Shown here in pieces: positions 22,873 through 32,000 of a stretch of 32,000 nucleotides of DNA; within the stretch, counting starts at the first letter, position 1, and each line of letters begins with the position of its first letter. The notes beneath the pieces are model-generated. The model was not told the DNA's origin, searched no databases, and was given only the letters and a program-made list of their open reading frames with translations. Made by a program: the position numbers and the translations under genes. The stretch lies in the sequence record CP025327.1. One strand, written 5' to 3'.

Positions 22873-24205
22873 AGTTATATATATCCAATATATATCTTAT
22901 TTAATCATTTTATTATAATTGTATAATTTTAGTTATATTTCTTATATATTAATCTGATATTTATAGTTATATATTAATTTAATATGTTATTATTGTTCTA
23001 TTTAGAAATATATGCCATATATATATATCATTTATATTTAGGAATCTAGATTATATAGATATAACATATATATTTAATATAGTATATCTATAATATAGAT
23101 ATAACATTTATATTTAATATAGTATTTATATTTATAATATATTTATAATATATTTATAATATATACCTAATATATCTTATTTATCCTTATTATTTATTAT
23201 ATATATACCTAATATATCTTATTTATCCTTATTATTTATTAAATATGTCCTCATTGTTGATTAAGTATATCCTTATTAAGTATATCTATATTAACTATAT
23301 ATTTATTGATAATATTCTTATTAACTATATCTTTATTAAGTATAACTTTATTAAGTATAACTTTATTAAGTATGTTCTTATTAAGTATGTCCTTATTCTT
23401 TATTAATATTTTAATATAAATCTTATCTATATCTTTATTTATTTATTTATATTATAAATATTCTTAAGTATATCTATCTTAGAGATATGTTTATTATATA
23501 TTTATATTATAAGTACATCTTATATATAGACTTATTATATATTATATTATATTATTAATACTGTTAAATATATCTTATATATAACCTTATTATATAATAT
23601 ATTATAAATACTGTTAAGTACATCTTATATATAGGCTTATTACATATTATATTAGAGATACTATTATATAGAGAGTATATATATATGACTATTGTTTATT
23701 ATATTATAAATATAGAGAGTATATATATATGACTATTGTTTATTATATTATAAATAATCTTATAATACTCTTATTTGTTTATAAATAATCTTATAATGAT
23801 ACTCTTATACTACTCTTATACTACTCTTATACATTATAATAATATTGTTATACTACTCTTATAATATTATAATAATATTGTTATAATATTCATATAAATA
23901 ATCTTATAATATTCTTATATTATTCTAATAATATTCATATAAATAATCTTATCTTATCTTATCTTATAATATTGTTATATTACTCTAATAATATTGATAT
24001 AAATAATCTTATAATATTGTTATATTACTCAAATAATATTGATATAAATAATCTTACAATATTAATATTCTTATATTAATTTAATAGTACTCTAATAATA
24101 CTCTAATAATACTCTATTACTCTAATAATACTCTATTACTCCTATGTAAATAGTATCTATAATTAATAATAGATATCTTTATTAATAGTTAGAATACTTT
24201 CTTAA

Positions 24206-24367
24206 TATATAAATACATAAATATATAAATAAAAATATAAATATATAATATATAAATATATAAATATATAAATATATAATATCTAAATATATGAATATAT
24301 ATATATAAATATATAAATATATAATATCTAAATATATAAATATATAAATAAATATATAAATATATAA
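24206..24367. repeat. Degenerate 8-bp (tataaata / atatataa) microsatellite block
   Basis: About 20 imperfect units with occasional c/g interruptions. Confidence 0.6.
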
Positions 24368-25726
24368 GAGAGAGTTATAATATTTATAATATATTTATTA
24401 ATATATAAGAGTTATAATAGATTATATTTCTTAACTTAAATTAGTTTATATATCTTTATTATGATATAATAGTTATAATTTATTACAGATTTATTAATTA
24501 GTACAGAGTAATTATAATATATATTAGTTATAATGATTAACTAGTGTAATAGTTATAATATATTGCAATTATAATTTATGACATATTTATTAACTAGTAT
24601 AGTAGTTACAATACATTATATATTTATTATATAGTATAGTAGTCCTAATTTATTAATTAATCCTCATTTATTATAGATTTATTAATTAATACTATATCAG
24701 TTCTAATTAATAATAAATAATGAATAACTAATAATGAATAATTAATATATTTATTAGTACACAATAATTATAATTAATATATTGTCAGTATACAATAATT
24801 ATAATGTACATTAATACTAATTATTATTAGATATTAGAGATAATACATATTAGTTAATATATATATATTATATATTTTTATAGATATTAGAGATAATACA
24901 TATTAGTTAATATATATATATTATATATTTATATAGATATTAACTACTCTAGAAAATAGTGATTATGATAATATACATATTACTTATTATTGATATTAGA
25001 TATATACATAATACATAATAGATAATATACATATTACTTATTATTGATATAAGATATAAGATATAAGATATCTACATAATAGATAATATACATATTACAT
25101 ATAATTGATATTAGATATATATATAATAGTTATTAATCTGAATTATAATATACATAATAGTTATTATATATATTAGTTCTATTAGTTATAATTAGTATAT
25201 TATAATAGGGATCATATAGCTTAGTACTAATAAGTATATAAGATAATAGTTATAATAAATTTATATAGTATATAGTATATATATTAGTACTAATAGGCAC
25301 ATAATATATTAGCCATAATAGATTAGTACTAATAGGTACATAATAAATTTATATAGATTAGTATTAATTGGTACATAATATATTAGTTATTATATAGTTA
25401 TATATATTAGTATTAATGGGTACATAATATATTAGTTATTATATATTTATATAGATTAGTATTAATATTTTAGTTCTAATTAACTTACATAGATTAGTTA
25501 TAATCTTAATTTATATATATTTTAGTTATTATATTTATCTTATTTAATATTAATTAGGATTTATATTAGTTATAAATTTATATATATTTAAGATATATAT
25601 TAATTAGAATATATATTAGTTATAAATATAGATATATTTAACATATCTATTAATTATAATAAATATTAGTGAGAATAAAGATCATATGTTATTTATAATA
25701 TATCTCAATTATATATATATAATATG

Positions 25727-25850
25727 TATCAGTAATAATATATACTTTGATATACAATATATAATATATATCAGTAATAATATATACTTTGATATACAAT
25801 ATATAATATGTATCAATAACTATACATACTGTGATATACAATATGTCATA
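25727..25850. repeat. Tandem repeat, 42 bp x 3
   Basis: tatcagtaataatatatactttgatatacaatatataatata starts at 25727, 25769 and 25811. A 32-bp x 2 array follows. Confidence 0.8.
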
Positions 25851-26006
25851 TATATTAGTAACAATATATAATGTTATATACAATATGTCATATATATTAG
25901 TAACAATATATAATGTTATATAATATATAATATATAATAGGTATCAGTACAATATATACTGTTATATATAATATGTATCAGTACAATCTATACTGTCATA
26001 TATAAT

Positions 26007-26108
26007 ATGTAAAAATATATATTCTATTGTAATATATAATATGTAAAAATATATATTCTATTGTAATATATGATATGTAAAAATATATATTCTATTATAA
26101 TATATGAT
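26007..26108. repeat. Tandem repeat, 34 bp x 3
   Basis: atgtaaaaatatatattctattgtaatatataat starts at 26007, 26041 and 26075. Confidence 0.9.
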
Positions 26109-26254
26109 ATATGATATATGATATGTCCAATATCTAATATATTTTATTGTAGTATATACATATAATATTCCAATATATTTTATTGTAGTATATACATATA
26201 ATATTTCAATATATTTTATTGTAGTATATGTATATAATTTTCCAATATATTATA

Positions 26255-26565
26255 ATGTAGTACATAATAAATGAATATAGACATATAATATTATAATATA
26301 GTACATAATAAATGAATATAGACATATAATATTATATTGTAGTACATAATAAATGAATATATATATATAATATAATATTTTATTGTAGTACATAATAAAT
26401 GAATATATACATATAATATAATATTTTATTGTATTACATAATAAATGAATATATACTTATCATATTCTAATATGTTCTAATTTAGTATATAGTAAATGAA
26501 TATATACATATCATATTCCAATATATTCTAATTTAGTCTATAGTAAATGAATATATACTATTGTA
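26255..26565. repeat. Tandem repeat family, 41-52 bp x about 7
   Basis: The core gtacataataaatgaatata occurs at 26260, 26301, 26342, 26388 and about 26431. Variants with tagtaaatgaatatata follow further on. Confidence 0.7.
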
Positions 26566-26829
26566 AGATATAATATCTCATTTTATTATATTGTATGGTA
26601 TATATTAATATAATATATAGTATATCAATTTATTCTATAATTAATAATATTTGAATCTATTCTATATATAATAATATAATATCTAGTATATCAATCTATT
26701 CTATAATTTATAATATCTCAATATATATTTTATATATATATATAATAATATATATATTATAATCTTTAATTTCAGATTATAATAATAATATATAATTTGT
26801 CAAACTTCATAACCAATCTACTAATAAAT

Positions 26830-26838
26830 ACAATAAAA
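26830..26838 (+). promoter_or_regulatory. Candidate 5' leader motif ACAATAAAA, 3 nt upstream of the nad4 ATG at 26842
   Basis: This is an identical 9-mer to 12254-12262 upstream of nad1. The function is inferred only from its position. Confidence 0.3.
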
Positions 26839-26841
26839 TTT

Positions 26842-28305
26842 ATGTCAATTAAATTATTATTTTTAATAAATATAATAGGATTAGTATCCATATTAGGTAT
26901 TCATAATATAAGATTATTAATAGCCACAAAGAAATTTTTAATAAGACAATTATCATTATCAATAAGTATTATTACATTTTATATATGTCTATATATATGA
27001 TATACATATAATAGTAATATATTAGGTTACCAATCTGTAGAGAATATATTAGGTATTAATTGAGGACTAGATGGTATCTCATTAATCTTAATTATCTTAA
27101 CAGGATTCTTAGGACCTATAGCATTATTATCTAATTGAAATATTAATATTAATAATAAAGAGAATCAAAAAGATGTAATGTATGTATCATTAATATTAAT
27201 GTTAGTATTTTTAATGATTTTAAATTTCTTATGTTTAGATATGGTATCATTCTATATATTATTTGAGAGTACTTTAGCTCCATTATTCCTATTAATTGGT
27301 ATATATGGTGCTAGTAATAAAGAAAAGGCTGCTTATTATGTATTAGTTTATACTTTAGGTAGTTCATTATTTATGCTATTATCTATTGGAGTATATACTT
27401 ACATTTTAAATACTACTGATTATGTTAGTATTAATTCTATTATCTTATCAATAGATTTACAATCTATTATTTGATTAGGAATATTTATAGGTATTGCAGT
27501 AAAAACTCCATTATTACCTGTACATACTTGATTACCAGTAGTACATTCTGAATCTCCATTAGGTGGATCAATATTATTAGCTGGTGTAATATTAAAATTA
27601 GCAATTTATGGTATCTTAAGATTATTAATACCTAATTTAACTGAAGCTACAGTTTTATATTTACCTGGAATATATGTATTAGCAGTAATTACTATTATAT
27701 ATACTAGTTTAGTTACTTTAAGACAAACAGATCTTAAAGTTATAATTGCTTATAGTTCTATTAGTCATTTAGGGGTTTGTATATTAGGAGTATTTGCTAA
27801 TAATATAATTGGTATTGAAGGTAGTTTATTATTATGTATTGCTCATGGTTTTGTATCTCCTGCATTATTTATTGCTGTAGGTGGTATACTATACGATAGA
27901 TATCATAATAGATTATTATATTATTATCAAGGTTTATCTAGTTATATGCCTATATTTGCTATATACTTAGTATTCTTTAGTTTCTGTAATGTAGGAACTC
28001 CATTATCTATTAATTTCTTAGGTGAATTCTTATCATTTACTGGTGCTTTCCAAAATCATCCTATATTAGCTGCTATTGGTACTATATCTGTTTTATTAAG
28101 TGCTAGTTATCAAATGAAATTAACTAATAGATTAACTGGAGGTAATAAATCTCCTTACTTAAGAGTTACTAAAGATATTACAAATAGAGAAATATTCTTG
28201 ATGAATTATCTTTTAGTTCCTACTCTTTTCTTAGGACTATATCCTACTCCTTTAACTAATCTTATTAATTTATCTTGTTCTTCAGTTTTATATCATATGG
28301 TATAA
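26842..28305 (+). CDS. nad4: NADH dehydrogenase subunit 4
   Basis: ATG at 26842 to TAA at 28303-28305, 487 aa. Five in-frame TGA=Trp codons lie at 26998, 27061, 27136, 27472 and 27529 and link three track ORFs in one frame. ND4 blocks are present: KTPLLPVHTWLPVVHSESPLGGSILLAGVILKLAIYG, IAYSSISHLG, CIAHGFVSPALF. The track's TTG at 26797 is an alternative start 15 codons upstream. Confidence 0.92.
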
Positions 28306-28307
28306 TC

Positions 28308-28379
28308 ATTTAATTATTTAATTATTTAATTATTTAATTATTTAATTATTTAATTATTTAATTATTTAATTATTTAATC
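28308..28379. repeat. Microsatellite, 8 bp (atttaatt) x 9, starting 3 bp after the nad4 stop codon
   Basis: Perfect 8-bp register from 28308 to 28379. Confidence 0.9.
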
Positions 28380-28380
28380 A

Positions 28381-28432
28381 TTCTTTTTATTTTTTTTATT
28401 TTTTTTTTTATTTATTATTTTTTCATTTTTCC
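28381..28432 (+). other. Strand-asymmetric T-rich tract (T8 and T11 runs) downstream of nad4
   Basis: ttctttttatttttttttattttttttttatttattattttttcatttttcc. These are the longest homopolymer runs I saw in the window, which is otherwise dominated by alternating A/T. Confidence 0.8.
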
Positions 28433-28575
28433 ATTTAACTTCGATTATTTATATAATATTATCATTTAACTTTTGATTATTTAATTTTGTCATTTAACTT
28501 TTGATCATTTAATTTTATCATTTAACTTGGATTATTTATATAATCTTATCATTTAACTTTTAATTATTTAGATTA
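28432..28575. repeat. Tandem repeat, 28-31 bp x 5
   Basis: catttaactt starts at 28432, 28463, 28491, 28519 and 28550. Confidence 0.85.
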
Positions 28576-28689
28576 ATTAATTATTTAGATAATTTTAGAT
28601 TAGTTAATTATATAAAATAATAATTATACTTGAGATCCTTTAATAATTTTATATCATTTAATTATTAATATTCAACTTACATTATTTTA

Positions 28690-28870
28690 TATATGATATT
28701 TGATATTTAATATTAATACTTAATATATGATATATGCTATTTAATATTAATACTTAATATATGATATTTCATATTTGATATTTAATATTAATACTTAATG
28801 ATATATGATATTTGATATTTAATATTAATACTTAATATATGATATATGATATTTGATATTATGACTTGAT
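28690..28870. repeat. Tandem repeat, 34-41 bp x about 4.5, abutting the dpo remnant
   Basis: The core tttaatattaatacttaat occurs at 28706, 28740, 28781 and 28818. Confidence 0.75.
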
Positions 28871-29582
28871 ATATGATGACCTTATTATACAAGAGAACTC
28901 GCATGTTATGGTATATGAATTTATTATTGATTTAATAAATAAATATAATGAGTATAAATTTTATGTTCATAATTTAGATGGTTTTGATTATATATATATA
29001 CTATATAACTAATATATATTATAATAATAAAAATAAGGATTCTAAAATTATTGTTGATTTATTGAGTTCTGATAATAAAATAATTAGGATTAAATAAAAT
29101 TACCTAATGATAATAGCATAATTTTATTAGATTCTTATTAGATTCTTATAAAATGTTGGGTTCTAGTTTAAGTAATTTAATCAAAGCCTTTTATATTAAA
29201 GATGTTTCTAAAAGTTTTATTTTCCTTATAAATTTTTTACTGCATTAACTAAAGATTATATAGGTAAATTACCTTCTTATAATGATTTTAATATGAGTTT
29301 AGTAGAATATAATAAATTAGAAAATTTATATTCAAATAAATCTTATAATATAAAGTTAGAATGTGAATCTTATTTTAAAGATGATTTATATGAATTATTA
29401 AGAGTTATGGATAAATTTAATTTATATGAAAGTTATGATATAGATATTATATGGACAAATTTAGTTTAAGTATATATCAAAGTTATTGATATAGATATTA
29501 CTAAATCTACTACAATCTCAAGATTATCTTTAAATATATTCTTTTATTCTTGGCTAAATATTTAGGAGGATCTGAATTTTTA

Positions 29583-29725
29583 CCTAAAATTAATAATTTC
29601 AATATTCATAATACTTTAAGAAATCCTAAAATTAATAATTTCAATATTCATAATACTTTAAGAAATGCTCTACATAGAGGTGTATATTCATAATACTTTA
29701 AGAAATGCTCTACATGAAGGTGTTA
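29583..29725. repeat. Nested tandem duplications inside the dpo remnant (42 bp x 2, then 40 bp x 2)
   Basis: cctaaaattaataatttcaatattcataatactttaagaaat occurs at 29583 and 29625. attcataatactttaagaaatgctctacatRaRggtgt occurs at 29646 and 29686. Confidence 0.9.
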
Positions 29726-30497
29726 CATCTGTTTATAAACCATATGGGAATAATTTATTTTACTCTTTTTATCCAGCTATGGCTTTAATAGATATACCTG
29801 GTGATCAATGTAAATATTTTATTAATTATAATAATGTTCTTTATTCTATAGATGATAGTCATTTAGGGTTATTTTATTGTGAAATAAAAACACTATTAAA
29901 TATCTCTATATGAGTATTACCTTTAGCTACTAAATATAGTCCCAGCGGGTGAATTTAAAGGATGATGAAATACTATAAAATTAGATTTAGCTTATAAAAA
30001 TGGTTATGAAATCAATGTTTTAGAAGGATTTATATTTAATAAAATTAACAGTCCTTTCATTGAATATGTAAATGAGATGTATGATCATAAAGCTAAAGCT
30101 TCTAGTGTTGAGAAAACTATGTATAAAAGTTTATTAAATTATTTAATTGAAGGTTTCCGTATTGATATAAACGAGAAAATATTAGGTATAGTATCTGAAG
30201 AATTGAAAATATTAATATGTAGTATTCATAATGTCTATCATATAGAACAAATTAGAACAAATGTATGATAAATATTGGATTATATTTGATGATAGAATTA
30301 AGAGTAATATACCTGATAATATTCGAATAAATGATATATTAAATAGAGAGGATTATAAAAATATATCTAAGGGTAAAAGAATAGCTATTGAACACAACGA
30401 GACTGATAGTGCTTCAGTAATAACTACTATAATTATAAATTCTTATGCTAGAGCTAAATTGAATAAAACAAAATTAGATTTTATTCAGATAGATTAT

Positions 30498-30571
30498 GAA
30501 ATTTATTATTATGACACTGATAGTTTAGTTGTAGATAAAAGAATTGAAATTTATTATTGTAACACTGATAG
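30498..30571. repeat. 48-bp-period partial duplication of the dpo motif C region
   Basis: gaaatttattattatgacactgatag at 30498 is matched by gaaatttattattgtaacactgatag at 30546. Confidence 0.85.
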
Positions 30572-30802
30572 ATAAAACAATATCTGAAGAATATGTAAGC
30601 GATGATATATTAGGTAAGTTTAAATTAGAATATGAAATTAATGAAGCTTATTTATATCTAATAAACTTTATTAATTAGATTTGAAAGGTACAGATCATAC
30701 CTTATTGTCATTGAGATTAATGACTCTTCTTATTATTGATTATTATTATTGATTCTTATTATTGATTATTATTATTGAGTAGTGATAGATTTGTTTAATT
30801 TA

Positions 30803-30955
30803 TTTATTAAGCTTAAGATTTTACTATATTAAGATACGATATTCAATACATACTTTATTAAACTTAAGGTTTTATTATATTAAGATATGATATTCAATAC
30901 ATACTTTATTAAACTTAAGGTTTTATTATATTAAGATACGATATTCAATACATAC
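30803..30955. repeat. Tandem repeat, 51 bp x 3
   Basis: tttattaaRcttaagRttttaYtatattaagataYgatattcaatacatac starts at 30803, 30854 and 30905. Confidence 0.9.
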
Positions 30956-31599
30956 TCATGAAAGAATGATGATAATTGTATGCTATCATTATGATTTAAT
31001 AATAAGAAAAGATGCTATCACTATAATTGAATAATAAGAGAATATTGCATATCCCATATTCCAAAAATGAAATAATAAATATATAATGACACCACCTTTA
31101 TTGAGATGGTTTATTGAGATACTTTATTGAGATATCCAGAATTAGAATTATCATTCATATTATTACTTCATATCTTATATTTAATCATGTTGACTCATGT
31201 TTACTCATATTTACTATATAATTTATAGTAGAAAATTTAGATTAATTAATATATAATATTAATTATTATAATAGAATTAATTAGTATATAATATTGATTA
31301 TATAATAGAATTAATTAGTATTTAATGTTGATTATTTAAGAAATAATAAGTAATATTAGAATATAATTTTTAAATTATTACTATTACTAGTACTATTACT
31401 AGTCTTATTACTATTAATATTACTATTCTTAGTACTATTATTATTACTATTATTATTATTATTATTATTACTATTATTATTACTATTATTATTTAATGAT
31501 TATAATATAATTATTATTATGAAAAACTAATGTTATATTAATTATAATATAAAATAATATATATTATTCAATAATTAAGAATTAACATTTACTAATTAT

Positions 31600-31830
31600 T
31601 AATTTTCATTACTAATTTAGTACTGATTAATTTAGAATAGATTAATAGATTATTTACTAATTTAGTACTGATTAATTTAGAATAGATTATTTACTAATTT
31701 AGTACTGATTAATTTAGACTAGATTATTTACTAATTTAGTACTGATTAATTAAGAATATATTAATAGATTATTTACTAATTTAGTACTTATTATATTTAG
31801 AATATATTAATATATTATTTACTAATAGAT
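31600..31830. repeat. Tandem repeat, alternating 37/45 bp x about 5.5
   Basis: actaatttagtactgattaatttagaatag starts at 31611, 31656, 31693, 31730 and 31775. Confidence 0.8.
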
Positions 31831-31901
31831 TACTTAATAAATTAGTTACCAATATTTATTATGTAATTTATAATTAGTGACTAATTAATACTTCTTATGT
31901 T

Positions 31902-32000
31902 ATTTAGAATTATATAATATTCCTATATATTAGAATATGCAATTTAGAATTAAATAATATTCCTATATATTAGAATATCCTATTTAGAATTAAATAATAT
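31902..32000. repeat. Tandem repeat, 40 bp x 2.5 (cut by the window end)
   Basis: atttagaattaaataatattcctatatattagaatat starts at 31902, 31942 and 31982. Confidence 0.9.

Larger units (their letters stand above)
28872..30722 (+). pseudogene. dpo: Degenerate family B DNA polymerase of linear-mitochondrial-plasmid type (dpo remnant)
   Basis: Recognisable blocks are spread over all three + frames and broken by many TAA/TAG stops. They include the Exo II-like FYVHNLDGFD (28968-28988), Exo III-like YFKDDLYELL (29371-), GSSLSNLIKAF...FPYKF, and a motif A region reduced to NLFYSFYPAM (29752-29781, Asp missing). Also present are the motif B-like KSLLNYLIEG (30125-30154), SYARAKL, motif C YYDTDS (30507-30524) and LGKFKLEYE...FISNKLY..LKG (to about 30720). 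No Exo I or N-terminal terminal-protein part is present. Track ORFs 29665-29913, 30077-30268 and 30261-30575 are fragments of this remnant. Confidence 0.85.

Overview
This window is extremely AT-rich organellar DNA, most likely a fragment of a fungal-type mitochondrial genome read with translation table 4. Every protein gene contains in-frame TGA codons at positions that make sense only as Trp, and CTN sits at Leu positions. I can support three intact, intronless complex-I genes on the + strand: nad6 (2883-3542), nad1 (12265-13293) and nad4 (26842-28305). There are ten cloverleaf tRNA genes: C on the minus strand, then Y, an initiator-like CAU, I, S, and a compact M-H-M-F-K cluster at 20954-22201. 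At 28872-30722 lies a frameshifted, stop-riddled remnant of a linear-plasmid-type family B DNA polymerase (dpo). By my own coordinates, functional genes cover only about 12% of the 32 kb. Almost all the rest is a patchwork of abutting short tandem duplications (periods 7-70 bp, usually 2-8 copies), each with its own unit. The listed repeats are examples, not a full catalogue. The same duplication process copies the 5' halves of two tRNA genes, starts at the 3' end of a third, and is caught inside the decaying dpo, but it does not occur in the intact genes. I found no rRNA, CRISPR array, recognisable transposon or discrete novel multi-gene system. The long Tyr/Ile-rich ORFs in the track are translation artefacts of the repeats.
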